64,000 nucleotides of DNA from Glaucostegus cemiculus (taxonomy: Eukaryota): positions 2,356,001-2,420,000 of the forward strand of contig CDPCPM010000030.1 of the NCBI GenBank assembly GCA_976551045.1, written 5' to 3'. How positions within the stretch are numbered: position 1 is the stretch's first letter; each line of letters starts with the position of its first letter. A model generated the notes under the pieces. That model worked only from the letters and a program-made list of their open reading frames with translations, did not search any database and was not told the DNA's origin. Shown here piece by piece: positions 12,401 to 27,400 of this stretch. Both the position numbers and the translations under genes were made by a program.

Positions 12401-15400
12401 TGCGAGGGATGCGTGTTGGTATGAGGCACAGATGGTTGGGTGGAAATTCACTGAACCCTGGAACGGTGAGAATATTAAAGGGTGCGTGGAGGCTAATGAC
12501 TTTAGAAGTCCCGGGGTATAATGGAGTGTATAAATTGTTGGGGTATGAGAGGGTGTTGTAGAATTTATGCATCAGAGAATCATGTACGTATGAAGCAATG
12601 TTGAGTCATAGAGGAAATCTTGTGTGGATTAGTGACTGGGGTCAGTAATAGAGGTTGTCTTTGTTGGTCTCTGAGTGTGCATTTTTGAGTGTCAGGGACT
12701 TAGAGTTCACTGGAGATTAGGATGAATGGAGTGCACTCTGACTCTTATCATACGAGGGCCTTTGGATATCCCTGCGACATCAGAGTGCAAGGAGGGTCGG
12801 ATGCACTCTCATGCCTCTGTTCCTTTTTCCAGACCTGAAGACTTTCCAAATGGAACAGCCGAGTGGATCAACAACTGGAGAGCCCATGCAGGAACCGTCC
12901 TCTGTCCCACTGAGGGAGACAAGCTCAGGTACTAAGTCGATTGTGTCTGCTGTTTCATACAATCTCTCTGACGCTGCGATATATCACCTATCGCAGACTG
13001 ATTCACCTTCGGGGCGTGCATAGTAGCAGGGAGGTGAATGACGGTGTTGGTTGTTTATCTCTCTCCTCTGTGCCTATCTTCAATAGCATCTGTTTTCTCC
13101 ACGGTGCACATTCGTCACCTTGGTATGAGCTTCATTCATGGGTCAGGATAAGATATGTTGGCAGCCAGAGCAGCAGAACTGACACATGAGGTTTGGTAAC
13201 AGGGAGAATTCGAGTGCTCATTAGGGATTTTTTTCAGTCAACTTCAGGAATAAATGGGATCTGGGTGAGGGACCGTCCGGGAGGCTTCACTAATGTTGAC
13301 AGCCACGGTTGACAACCAGCGGCAAGGTGATGAATATCAATCTGTTCACTGGCATGGATATCAGGAAATGTGGGATTCCGGGCTTCACTGTCTGTGACTG
13401 GGATGATTAAATGTGAGGAGTTTCGATGGTGTGGCTGAGGATTAGGAGACTGTTTATCGTGTGGGTGCGCGGCGATGCCTGACGTTTTGTGGCACAGATG
13501 GAGCGTTGGAAATACACTGAACACGAACTCTGAGAATATTAGAGTGTACGCAGAGGTTATTGACTTCAAGAGCCTGTGGTATCATGAATTGTATGAATTT
13601 TTGGGGTACGAAATTGTGTTCTTGGATTTGAGCATCAGACATTGATGTCCGCATGAAACAATGGTGAGTCTTTGCGGAAAGCAAGTGTTTCGAGCAATGA
13701 CGGGTGTCAGCAACTGAGGTTGTCTTTGGTCGTCTTTGAGTGTGGTGACACTGAATGTTGCAGAGGGACAGTTAGAATGATGACTGGAGGGAGGGGGTCT
13801 AACTTGGATTGTGATGAACAGAATGAGGTCAGCGAGGAGGACTGATGGAGATTAGAGGGAATAATTACTCAGTAAATGATTGAGGAAAGTGGGATGTGAA
13901 CTGCGACAAGATGGAGGGGAGAGACTGCTGCAGAAAAAGGAAATACATGGTCCCTAATTGACTGCAAACTAACCAGAGTCTGCAAGCTCTGGTGTCAGCC
14001 GTGTGGATCATTGAAATGAACACTGATCTCAACTTCGGGCACTGAATCTGAATCTAGCTGTGACTGAGAGGTGTGATGTGGAAGGACAGAGCTTCAGAAG
14101 GGATTGAACGGAGATGCAGGATGTTGGTTTCTCCACAGATCCATACCCCTCTTCCTCAAACACCTTTGCCAGCCTGACTGTCCTGCTTTACGGCTTCCAG
14201 TCTCCCATGTCTCTCTTCCTTTATTCCGTCCCAGAGACTTCCAAAATGCAACATATAGTAGGATCATCCAATGGAGAGTCAACACAGGAACCGTCTTCTA
14301 TCCAAGCTGAAAACACGTCCTCAGGTACCAAGACACTTTAACGGCGTCGTTCAGCACGGCTGTGGCGTCGAAGCTCCTGTGAAACATGCCTTTGTTAGAT
14401 GTGCATTTCTGCTTGACATGACAGGGCTTAGTGTCACCCCTGCTGGGAATTTCAGAAGAGCCTGAGACCTCTGCAAAGTTTGGGTGCACTTTCCCTGAAT
14501 TGGAAACCATGGACGGAGGCTGGTCTAGATCATGTTGTGGAGTTTGACCAGCTGGCCGAGCATGAGGACTGTGACCAGGTGCTTGTAGACAAGGGACAGA
14601 AAGTGGCCGGTGGGTGCATTTGGAGTGACCTTCAGGCAGTATCTACAAGACTGTACTGTATGACCTGTATTGATGCCATTGACTGCAGGAAACATGTCCT
14701 GTTGTCAGAAGTGAATAAAGAAGACATCAATTAAGCAAAGGTTCAGATATTTGGAAGCGATTACAGCAAGATGGCTGCACACCAGAATACACTTATAGTG
14801 GCTGCATATCAGTGTGCATGTTGGATTATCAGTGCCTTGGAGTACACTGGAGGTTAGGAAGAATGGAGTGCACTCTGGCTCTGGACATAAGCGGGTTTTT
14901 GTGTATCTCTGTGATATCAGAGTGCAAGGAGGGTCGGATGCACTCCCATGCTTCTTTGCTGTTATTCCAGACCTGAAGACTTCCCCAGTGTAACAGCTGA
15001 GTGGATCATCAACTGGAGAGCCCGCGCAGGAACCGTCCTCAGCCCATTTGAGTGAGATAGTCTCAGGTTCTGAGAGTTTGTTGTTTCAAAGAATCTCTCT
15101 GATGCTGGGACATAGCACATTGCAGATTCATTCACCTTCGGGGCGTGCAATGCAGCAGAGAACTGAATGACGGTGTTGGTTGTTTATCTCTCCCATCTGT
15201 GCTCATCTTCAGTAGCATCTGAGGTCTCCACGGTGGGCATTCAGCACTTTATTATGAGCCTTATTCATAGGTCTAGATGAGATTTGTTGGCGGCCAGAGC
15301 AGCAAAACTGAGACCTGAGGTTTGACAACAGGGGGAATTTAAGTGGTCACTGCGAATGTTTCTGCCAACTCAGGAATACATGGGATCTGGGTGAGGTAGC

Positions 15401-18400
15401 GGACGGGAGGCTTCACTGATGCTGACAGCCACGGTTGACAACCATCGGCAAGCTGATGAATTTCAATTTGTTCACTGTCATGGATATCAGGAAATGTGGG
15501 CTTCAGGGGATCAATGGCTGAGCCTGGGAATATTGAATGAAAGGGGTTTAGATGCTGTGGCTGAGAGATAGGAGACGGTCATCGTGTAGGTGCGCGGCGA
15601 TGCCTGATAGTTTAAGGCACAGATCGAGTGGTATACATGCACTCGACACGAACTGTGGAAATATTAGAAGGTACGTGGAGCTTATTGAATTTCGGAGGCC
15701 TGTGGTATCATGGAGTGTATGAATAGTTGGGGTAAGAGAGGGTATTTCAGATTTGCCATCAGAGAATTATGTGCGTATAAAGCATTGCCAATTCTTTGTG
15801 GAAGCTTGTGTCGTGGAGCAATGACTGGCGTCAATAATTGAGGTTGTCTTTGGTGGTCTCTGAGTGTGGTGACACTGAGTATTGGAGAGTGTGAGGGTGA
15901 GTGTGACCTGAAGGAGATGGCGGAATGTGGAAGGTGTTATGCGAACTGTGACAGTGTGGAGGGGAGCGATTGGTGTAACTAACGGAGAGACGCGGTCCCT
16001 GATTAACCAGGCACCTACCAGAGTCTGACATCTCTGCTATCAGCAGTGTGGATCATTGAAAGGAACTCTGATCCCCAAGTTCAGGTACTGAAGCTGAACC
16101 ACCGGTAACTGAGAGGAATGATCTGAAGGGACAGAGCTTCGAATCGGAGAGATATTGAACGGAGATGCATGATGATTGTTTCTCCACAGATCCAGCCCCC
16201 TCTTCCCCAAACTCATTTTCTGTTCTGATTGCCCTGTATGGCGGTTCCAGTCTCACGTCTCTCTTCATTTTTTCCAGTCCCAGAGACTTCCAGAAGGGAA
16301 CAATACCGAAGATCATCCAATGGGGCATCAACACAGGAGCCGTCTTCTCTTCCAGCAGGAAACACGTCCTCAGGTACCAAGACTTACGCTAATGAGGTCG
16401 TCCAGCAAGGCTGTGGCCTCGAAGCTCCTGTGAGCCATTCATTTGTTAGATGTGCATTTAAGCGGTTAATGATTGATGGTGTTATTTACTCAACATTCTG
16501 CCATTATCAAACGTTCCTGAGACCTCAGAAAAGTATGGTTGTACTTTTCAGAAATGCGCACCTTGGACGGAACTGATGTAGATCACGTTGAGAAGGCTGG
16601 TCAGTGGTTCAAGCAGGAGAATTAAGATCTGGTTACTGTAGTCAAGGTATTGAATGTGGCCTGTGGCTGTGTTAGGTTTACATTCAGGCAGGATTTGCAA
16701 GACTATTTTATAAATTTATGAGCTGTACTGAGTGAGGTTGAATGATGACTGAAGGAGAGGGTATAACTGGGAGGGTGGTGGACAGACTTAGGTCAGAGAG
16801 GAGGACAGATGGAGATTAAAATGAACAATTACTCAGGAAATGATTGAGGGAGATGTGAAGGGAACTGTGACAGGATGGAGGGGAGAGATTGCAGGCGTGA
16901 AAGGAGAGGCACGATCACTGAATGAGCACGAATCCACAAGAGTCTGCAAGCACTGGTATCAGCAATGTGGCTCATGGTAGGGAACACGAACCCCCAGATT
17001 CAGGCACTGAAGCTGAACCTGGCTGTGACTGAGAGGAGTGATGTGGAGGGACAGAGCTTCGGAAGGCAGAGATATATGAACGGAGATGCATGACGTTGGT
17101 TTCACCACAGATCCAGTCCTCAGGTATCAAGACTGATGGCAAGAGGTCATTCAACAAGGCTGTGGCAGCACCTGTGAAACATACATTTGTTATATATGCA
17201 TTTCAGCTTGACATGATTGATGGTGTGATTTTCACGCCTGCTGCCAATTTCAGAAATGCCGGAGAACTCTGAAAAGGTTCGGTGCAGCCGCAACCATGAT
17301 AGGAGGCTGGTGTCGATCACGATGTGGAGGTGGGTCAGTGGAACGTGCAGGAGGATTGAGACCTGGTGTTTATAGTAAAGGGATAAAAGGTGGCCGGTGC
17401 CTGTGTTTAGAGTGAACTCTAAGAAGGATTTACAAGACTACTTTATAAAATATGAGCTGTATTGTTTGGTTTGACTGCAATATTCTTGTCCTGTTATCAG
17501 AAGTGAATACAGAGGACATAAAGTCTGCAAGATAGTAGATATTTTGAAGGGGTTCCCGCAAGATGACTGCAGACCAATGGACACTTGGAGTGTCTGGTAT
17601 CAGCGAACATGTTGGAGTGTCAGGGATTTGGAGTTCACTGGAGGTTAGGAAGAATGTTGTGCACTCTGGCTCTGAATATTTGAGGATCCTGTGACATCAG
17701 AGTGCAAGGCGGGTCGGATGAACTCCGAGCCTCCACGCCTCTGTTCCTTTATTCCAGACCTGAAGTCTTCCCCAATGGAACGCCGGGTGGGTCAAAAACT
17801 GGAGAACCCACGCAGGAACAGTCCTCTGTCCCCTTTAGTGAGACAGCCTCAGTTACTACGTCTTGAGTGCCTGATGTTTCATAACACTCTCCGATGCTGT
17901 GATACAGCACGTATTGCAGACTGATTCACCATCGTGGCGTGCATTGCCGCAGGGAGGTGAATGGCGGTGTTGTTGTTTATCTCTCCCCACTGTGACTATC
18001 TTCAGTAGCATCTGAGGTCTCCATGCCGGACCATCAGCACCGTGATATGAGCCTCATTCATGACACTGAATGAGATTGGTTGGCAACCAGAGCAGCAGAT
18101 TTTAGACTTAAGCTTTGGTAACTGTGGGAATATAAGTGGTCACTTGGAGATGTTTAATTCAACTTCATGAATGAATTTGATCAGGGTGCGGGAGCGAACG
18201 GGAGTCTCCACTGGTGCTGAGAGACAGGGATGACAACCAGCTGAAATGTTATGAACATCAATTTGTTCACTGGGATAGGCTCAGGAAACGTGGGCATCAG
18301 GGTTCACTTGTCGAGCCTGCGCTGATTGAATAGGAGGAGTTGCAATGGGGTGGCTGAGGGAGAGGAGACCGGTCATTGTGTGGGTGGGAGGCAGGGAAAC

Positions 18401-21400
18401 CTGGTGTTTTGAGGCACAGAGTGAGGGGTGGGAATACACCGGACATTAGGACTGTGAGAATATTACAGGGTACGAGGATTTTTGAATTTGTGAGGCGTGG
18501 GGTATCAGGGAGTGCATTAAGTGGTGTGTTATGTGCGGGTGTTGTTTGATTTGAGGCTCAGTGTTTTATCGAGGTTTGAAGCAATGCTGTGTCTTTCTGG
18601 AAAGCTCGTGTGTCGTGGAGCAATGGCAGGCATCAGGAACTGAGGGAGGCTCAGTTGTGCTTTGAAGGTGGAAGCGCAGTGGGTGTTGGAGAAGGTGAAG
18701 CAGAATGATGAGTAGAGGGAAAAGTGTGCAACTGGGAGAGTGATTGACTGACTGAGGTCAGAGAGGAGGACAGACCGAAATGAGGGGGACAGAAATTCGG
18801 GGACTCAGTGAGGAAGGAGAGATGTTAACTGTGACAGGTTGGAGGGCAGCGGCCGGAGAGAAAGGAGAGACAGGATCTCTGATTGAACACACATCCACCA
18901 GAGTCTGCAGCTCTGGTATCAGCAGCGTGGTTCATTGTACGGAACAACGATTTCTATGTTCAGTCCTTGAAGCCGAACCTGCCTGTGACTTAGAGGAGTG
19001 ATCTGGTCGGACAGAGCTTCGTAAGGTAGAGTTATTTAACGTAGAGGCATGATGTTGGTTCCTCCATAGACCTTGCCCGCTCTCCCCCAAACTCCTGTCC
19101 GAGTCTGATTAGCTCCTTTGCTGCTTCCAATCTTCCATGTCTATCTTCCTTCATTCCAGTCCCAGGGACTTCCATAAGGGAAGCATCAGGAGGACCATCG
19201 AATGGAGCATCAACAGAGGATCCGATTTCTATACCATCAGGAGAAACGTCCTCAGGTACCAAGACTTATGTCAATGTGGCCATTCAGCAAAGCTATGGCC
19301 TCGAAGCTCCTGTGCACCATTCAATTGTTAGTTGTGTATATCAGCGGGACAGGATTGATATTGTTCGTTCTATCCTTTGCTGCCAATTTCAGAAATGCCT
19401 GACACCTCTGAAATAGGTGAGTACACTAACCCGGAATGGGCAGCCTTGGACGTAGTCTGTTGCAGCTCACGACGCAGAGGAGAGCCAGTGGACACATCAG
19501 GAGGACTGAGAACTGGTGTTTCTTATCAGAGCATAGATAGTGGTGGGTGACTCTGTTTGCTGTGACGTTCAGGCAGGATTTACAAGACGTTTTTATACAT
19601 TTATGAGCTCCACTGATTGGTTTGACTGCAGGAAACGTGACCTGTTATCATAAGTGAATGCAGAAGACATCAATTCGGCCAGGTTTCAGATATCTTGAAG
19701 GGATTCCAGCAGGTTGTCTGCACAGCAGAGGGCTCTTGGTGTGTCTGGGGATCAGGGAGCATGTGTGAGTGTGAGGGCCTTGGAGTAATCTGGAGGTTAA
19801 GAAGAATTGAGTGCACTCACGATCTGGAAATGAGGGCCTTTGGATAGCCCTATGACATCATAGTGCAAGGTGGTTCGGAAGCACTCCCATGCCTCTGTTC
19901 CTTTATTCCAGACTTGAAGACTTCCCCAATGGAACAGCGCAGTGGATCATCAACTGGAGAGACCACGCAGGAAACGTCCTCTGTCGCCTTGAGTGAGACG
20001 GCCTCAGGTACTACGTCTTGAGTGTCTGATGCTTCATACAATCTCTCTGGTGCTGATTGCAGTCTTATTCACCTTCGTGACGGGCATAGTAGCAGGGAGG
20101 TGAATGACGGTGTTGATTGTTTATATCTCTGTGCAGATCATCAGTAGCAACTCAGGACTCCAATGGGGACATTCAGCACCTTTGTCTGACCCTCAGTCAT
20201 GAGTTTAGATGCGATTTGTTGACAGCCAGAGCAGCCGAACTGAGACATGAGGTTTGGTAACTGGCGGAATTTGAGTGATCACTGGGGATGTTTCCGTCAA
20301 TTCAAGAATAAATGCGATCTGGGTGAGGGAGCGGACGGGAGGATTCACTGATGCTGGCGGCCAAGTTTGACAACCAGCAGCAAGGTTATGAATATTAATT
20401 TGTTCACTGGGAGGGATATCTGGAAATGTGGGATTTAGGGGATCATTGGCTGAGCCTGGGATGATTGAAAGTGTGGTGTTTTGATGTTCTGGCTCAGAGA
20501 TAGGAGACTGGTCATCGTGAGGTGCGCAGGGATGGCTATTGGTTTCAGGCACAGACGGAAGGGTGCAGATACACTGTGCACTTAGCTGTGGGAATGTTAG
20601 AGGGTAGGTGAAGGCTATTGAATTTAAGAGGCCTGTGGTGTCATGGAGTGCAACAATTGTTGGGGTATTTGAGGGTGTTGTCGGATGTGGGCATCAGAGA
20701 ATGATGTGCGTATGAAGCAATGTTTAGTCTTTCTGGAAAGCTTGTGTTGTGTAGAAATGACTGGTGTCAGTAATTAAGGTTGTCTTTGATGGTGACAGTG
20801 AGTGTTGGAGATGGTGAAGGAGAATGACGACTTCGTGGAGGGAGTGAAACTGGGAGTGTGATGGACAAACTTAGGTCAGAGAAGAGGACATGGATGTTAG
20901 AGGCAATAATTAGGAGATGATTGAGGAAGGTGGGATGGAAACTGTGACAGGATTGAGGGGAGAGATTGCTGCAAGAGAGGAGAGACACGGTCCCTGATTG
21001 ACCACAAACCCACCAGAGTCTGCAAGCTCTGGTATTGGTAGTGCAGATCATTGAAGGGAACACGAATCCCCAAATTCAGGCACTGAAGCTAAACCGGGCT
21101 GTGATTGAGAGGAGTGAACGAGAGGGACAGAGCTTCGGAAGGGAGAGATATTGAACGGAGATGCAAGATGTTGGTTTCTCCACAGATCCAGCCCCTTATT
21201 CCAAAAACACCTTTGCCAGTCTGATTGTCCTGCTTAAGGCTTCCAAACTCTCATGTCTCTCTTCCTTTATTCCAGTCCCAGAGACATCCAAAAGGCAACA
21301 ATCTGGAGGATCATCCTATGGAGCATCAAGGCAGGAGCCGTCTTCTATCCCAGATAGAAACACGTCCTCAGGTACCAAGACATTTGTCAATGGTGTCATT

Positions 21401-24400
21401 CAGCAAGGATGTGGACTCGAAGCTCCTGTGAAACATGGATTTCTCAGATGTGAATTTCAGCTTGACATGATTGATGTTGTTATATCCACGCTTGCTGCCA
21501 ATTTCAGAAGTGCCTTAGACCTCTAAAATGGGCTGGTGCACTTTCCCGTAATGGGCAACCATAGACGGAGGCTGGTGCAGATAGCAATGTCGAGGTGGGC
21601 CAGTGGACCGAGCAGGAGGAAAGATACCTGGTGTTTGTAGTCAAGGGATAGAAATTGGCCGGTGGGTGATTTTGGAATAAACTTCAGGCAGGATTTACAA
21701 GAGTAATGTATAAATTTATTATCTGTACTGTTACGTGTGACGGCAGGAATCATGTCTTGTTAACAGAATTGAACACAAAGGACATTATTTCACAAGGGTT
21801 CAGATATTTAGCTGGGATTCCAGCAAGATGTCTGCACACCAGAGGACACTTGAAGTGTCTGGGTATCAGGGGACATGTTGGCGTGTCAGTGCCTTGGAGT
21901 ACACTGGAGATTAGGAAGAATGGATCGCACTCTGGCTTAGATATCCTGTGACATCAGAGTGCAAGTTTGGTTGGATGCACTCCCATGCCTCTGTTCCTTT
22001 ATCCAGACTTGAATACTTCCCCAATGTATCAGCAAAGTGGATCATCAACTGTAGAGCCCACGCAGGAACCGTCCTCTGTCACCTTGAGTGAGACAGCTTC
22101 AGGTACTAAGTCTTGAATTTCTGATATTTCATACAATCACTCTGATGCTGTGATCTAGGACTTATTGCAGACTGATTCACCTTCATGGCGTGCATTGCCA
22201 CAGGGAATTGAATGACGATGTTGGATGTTTATCTCTCCCCTCTGTGTCTATCTTCAGCAGCATCTCAGCTCCCCACGGTGGACAAACAGTAGCATGGTAT
22301 GAGCATCATTCATGGGTCCAGATAAGATTTGTTTGCAGGCAGAGCAGCAGAACTGAGACCAGAGGTTTGGTAACTGTGGGCATTTTAGTGGGGATGCTTC
22401 AGTCAACTTCAGGAATAAGTAGGATATGTGTGAGAGAGCGGACGGGAGGCTTCACTGAAGTTTGCAGCCAAGGTTGACAACCAGAGGCAAGGTTATGAAT
22501 ACCAATTTGTTCATTGACTTGGATATCAGGAAATCTGGGCTCTCGGGAATCACTGGGAGTGCCTGGGATGATTGAATGTGATGCGTTTGAATGACGTCGC
22601 TGAGAGATAGGAGACTGGTCATCGTGAGGGTGCGCGGGGATGCCTTATGGTTTGAGGCACAGATGGTGGGGTGGAAATACACTGGACACTACAACTGTGG
22701 GAATATTAGAGGGTACCTGGAGGTTATTGAATTTAGGAGGCCTGGGGCGTCATGGACTGTACATACTGTTGCGGTATGAGGGGGTGTAGTAGGATTTGGG
22801 CATCGGAGAATGATGTTCGTATGAAGCAATGTTGGGTCTTTGTGGAAAGCTTGTGCCGTGGAGCAATGACAAGCTTCAGTAATTGAGGTTGTCTTTGGTG
22901 GTCTTTCAGTGTGGTGACCCTGAGTGTTGGAGACGGTGAGATAGAACAATGACTTGAGGGAGAGGGTGTAACTGGGAGTGTAATGGACAGTAACTGGGAA
23001 TGCGATGGGTCATTCACCAAGGATGTGGCCTCGAAGTTCCTGTTAGATGTTTATTTCAGCTTGACATGATTGATGATGTTAGTTCCACCCCTGCTGCAAA
23101 TCTCTCCTCTATGCCTATCTTCAGTAGCATCTGAGGTCTTCACGCTGTACAATCAGACACCCTGGGATGAGCCTGATTCATGGCACTGGATGATTGGTTG
23201 GCAGCCAGAACAGCAGAACTGAGACCTAGGGTTTGTTACATTAGGAATGTAAGTGGTCACTGTGCATATTTCAGTCAACGTCTCGAATGAATGAGATCTG
23301 GGTAATGGAGCGGAATGGAGTCTCGGCTGATGCTGACAGCCAGGATTGACAACTTAATGAAAGGTTATGAACACCAATTTGTTCACTGGCATGGATATCA
23401 GGAAATGTGGGCATCAGTGTTCACTTGTCGAGGCTGCGCTGATTGAATAGGAGGAGTTGCAATAGGGTGGCTGAGGGATAGGAGACTGGTTATTCTGGGG
23501 ATTGTGGGGAGGGATACCTGGTGATTTGAGGCACAGAGGGAGCGGTTGGAATACACTGGACATTTGGTCTGTGAGAATTGTCTCGGGTAAGTGGACGTTA
23601 TTGAATTTGGGAGGCGTGTATGCAGTGTTGGGTTATGAGACGGTGTTGTTTGATTTCGGTTTCAGAGTCTTTCCGAGGTTTGAAGCAATGTTCAGTCTTT
23701 CTGGAAAGCTTGTGTCGTGGAGAACAGACTGCGGTCAGGATCTGAGTGAGGCTTTCGTTGGCTTTGAAGGTGGAAGCACAGTGGGTGTTGGAGAGCGTGA
23801 AACAGAAATTTGAGTGAATGCAGAGGATGTAACTGTGAGAGTTATTGAGTGACTGTGGTCAGAGAAGAGGACTGATGGAGTTTAGAAGGAATAATCACTC
23901 AGAAAATGAATGTGGGAGGTGGGATGGTATTAGTGACTGGATTGAGGGGAGAGAATGCTGGAGAGAAAGGATATACACGGTCCCTGATAAACCACAAACC
24001 CTCCAGATTCTGCAAGCTCTGGTATCAATAGTGTGGATCATTGAAGTGAACAAGAATCACCAAGTTCCGCCACTGAAGCTGAACCTGTCTGTGACTGAGA
24101 GGAGTGATATGGAGGGACAGTGCATCAGAAGGGAGATTTATTGGGCGTAGACGCATAATGTGCCTTCTTCACATGCACCGCCCTCTGCGCCAACTCCTGT
24201 CATAGTCTGATGAACTGCTTTGCTGTTTGCAAATTCATATGTCTCTGTTCCTTGATTCCAGTCACAAAGACTTCCACAAGGGGAGCATCCGGAGAATTAT
24301 CCAATGGAGCAGCAACACAGGAGCAGTCGTCTGTCCCAGCAGGAGATACGTCCTCAGGTATCAAGACGTCTTTCAATAGGGGTCATTCAGTAAGGATTTG

Positions 24401-27400
24401 CCCTCGAAGCTCCTCCGAACGATATATTTGTTGGATCTGCATTTAAGCCGGCCATGATTGATGATTTTAGTTCCACCCCTGCTGCCAATTTCAGAAGTGC
24501 GTGAGACCTCTAAAACATGTGTGTTCACTTACCCGGAATGGGTAGCCTTGGGTGGATGCTGGTGTGGGTCGCAACGTGGAAATGTGCCAGTGGACTGATC
24601 AGGAGGACTGAGAACTGGTGTTTGTTGTCAAGGCATGAAAAGCAGCGTGTGCGTGACTTTGGAGTGACCTTCAGGCAGGATGTCCAAGACTGTGTTATAA
24701 ATTTATCCGTGGTACTGATTGGTTTGACTGCAAGAAACATGTCGTGTTATCAAGGGTGAATGAAGAGGATATCATTTCGGCAAGGGTAAAGATATTTAGA
24801 AGGTATTCCAGCAAGGTGTCTGCACACCAGGGGACACTGGTGTGCAGACACCGTCTGGGTATCAGGGAGCATGTTGGAGCGTCAGGGCTTGGAATGCACT
24901 GGAGGTTAGGAAGAATGGAGTGTACTCGGGCTCTGAACATCGAGGCCTTCGGATATCCCTGTGACATCAGAGTGCAAGGAGAGTCGGATGCACTCCCATG
25001 CCTCTGTTCATTTATTCCAGACATGAATATTTCCCCAATGGAACAGCCGAGTGGTCAACGAAAGAGCCCTCCACCCACCCCCCCCCCCCCCAGGAACTGT
25101 CCTCTGTCCATTTGAGTGAGACAGCCTCAGGTACTAAGGTTGACATGTCTGACGTTTCATTCAATCTCTCCGATGCTGTGATAAAGGACGCATCGCAGAC
25201 TGATTCAACTTCGGGACGTGCAGCTCAGTAGAGAGGTGAATGACGTGTTGGTTCTTTAATCTCTCCCCTCTCTGCCTATCTGCTGTAGCATCTGAGGTCC
25301 CCACGGTGGATATTCTGCACCTGAGTATGAGACTAATTCATGGGGCTGGATGCGATTTATTGTCAGCCGGAGCAGCAGAACTGACACCTGCAGTATAGTA
25401 TATGGAGGAATTTAAGCGGTCAATGGGGATGTTTCAGTCAATTTCAGGAATAAATAGGATCTGTGTGAGAGAGCCGACGAAAGGCTTCACTGATGTTGTC
25501 AGCCAAAATTTACAACCTGCAGCCAGGTTGTGAATATCAATTTGTTCTCTCGCATGGATGTCAGGAAATGTGGGCCATAGGCTGAGCCTGGGATGATTGA
25601 AAGTGAGGAGTTTGATGGGGTGGCTGAGGGACAGGTGACTGGTCATCGTGTGGCTGCTCGGGGATGCCTGTTGGTCTGATGTACAGATGGAGGGCTGGAA
25701 ATACACGTTGCACTTAAAATATGGGAATATTAGAGGGTACGTGGAGGTTATTTACGTCAGGAGGCCTGGGGTATCATGGAATGTATGTATTGTTCGGGTA
25801 TGAGACGGTGTTGTAGGATTTGGCATCAGAGAATGATGTACATATGAAACAATTTGGAGTCAGGAATAGGCGATGAACTGAAGGCTTGGATAAATATGTG
25901 GAACGAGGATATTGTGGCTATTACTGAGACACGGTCGTCGTCAGGGCAGGAATGGTCATTGAGTATTCATGGTTTCAGTGTTTTAAAAGGGAAAGTGGGA
26001 AAGAGGAGGAGGGTGGCGACATTGGTCAGCGACATTGATTCGACTGCGGAATGGGTGGATATTGCAGAAGAATCTTCTCCAAAGTCAATATGGGTGGAAG
26101 TTAGGAACAAGAAAGGAGCAGTTAATCTACTGGGAGTATTTCATAGGCCCACCGGTCGCAGTAGGGATATAGAGGAACAGATTGGCAGGGTTGTTTGGAA
26201 AGAATCAAAAGTAACAGTGTTATTGTAATGGGAGACTTCAACTTCCCAAATATAGACTGGAATCTGCTTAGTGCTAAACGTTTAGAAGGGGCGGAGTTTG
26301 TTAAGTGTGTCCAGGTTAGGTTCCTTACGCAGTATGATGACAAGCCAAACAGAGGGAATGCAATGTTAGATCTAGTTTTAGGAAATGAACCAGGACGGAT
26401 GAAGGAAATATTGAACCATAAAACCATGGAACAATACAGCACAATACAGTCCCTTCGGTCCACATGTTGTGCCGTCCATCAAACATCACACAATCTAACT
26501 TTTTGCTCCAACATATCCCACTATCCCACATTCCTCCATATGCCTATCCAACAATCTCTTGAACCTGTCCAACGTATCTGCCACCACCACCACCCCAGGC
26601 AGCGGATTCCATGCACCAAACACGCTATAAGTGAAAAACCTTCCTCTGACATCTCCCCTGAACATTCTACGCAATACCTCAAACCATACCCTCTCATCTG
26701 TGCCCTGGGAAAGAGGCGCTGTCTATCCACTCTATCTATTCCTCTCAAAATTTTATACACGTCTATCAATTCTCCTCTCATCCTCCTCCTCTCCAACGAG
26801 TGAAGCCCGAGCACTTAAAGCCTCTCCTCCTATCCAATACCCTCTAATCCAGGCATCATCCTGGTAAATCGCCTCTGTACCCTCTCCAACGCCATCATAT
26901 CATTTCTATAATACGGTGACCAGAACTGAACACAGTACTCTAAGGGCGGTCTAACTAGAGTTTTATAAAGCAGCATCACAACTTCGTCGCTCTTAAACTC
27001 AACCCCACGATTTATGAAAGCTAACATCCCAAAGGTCTTCTTAACTGCCCTATCCACCTGCGAGGCTACTTTGAGTTAACGGTGATATGAACCCCCAGAT
27101 CCCTCTGCTCCTCTTCACTGCCAAGCAATTTGATATTTACCTTGCACTCTACCCTGGAGTTTGTCCTACCAAAGTGCACCAACTCACACTTCTCCGGATT
27201 AATCTTCATCTGTCACTTGTCCGCCCAGCTCTGCATCCTATGAATGTCCCCCTGTAAGCTCCGACAGTCCTCAACACTATCCACCACACCTACCATTTTG
27301 GTGCCATCCTCCATCTTACTAACCCATCCTTCCACTCCTTCATCTAAGTCATCTGATAATATAGCAAAGATTACAGAAGTCCCAGATCCGATCCCTGTGG

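Noticed and set aside
20205-20552. Recurrent minus-strand peptide (PTFPDIHASEQIDIHNLAAGCQ...) in the long intron as an antisense gene
   Set aside because: It recurs only because the unit is repeated; frame and length break differently in each copy and I saw no consistent minus-strand splice signals.
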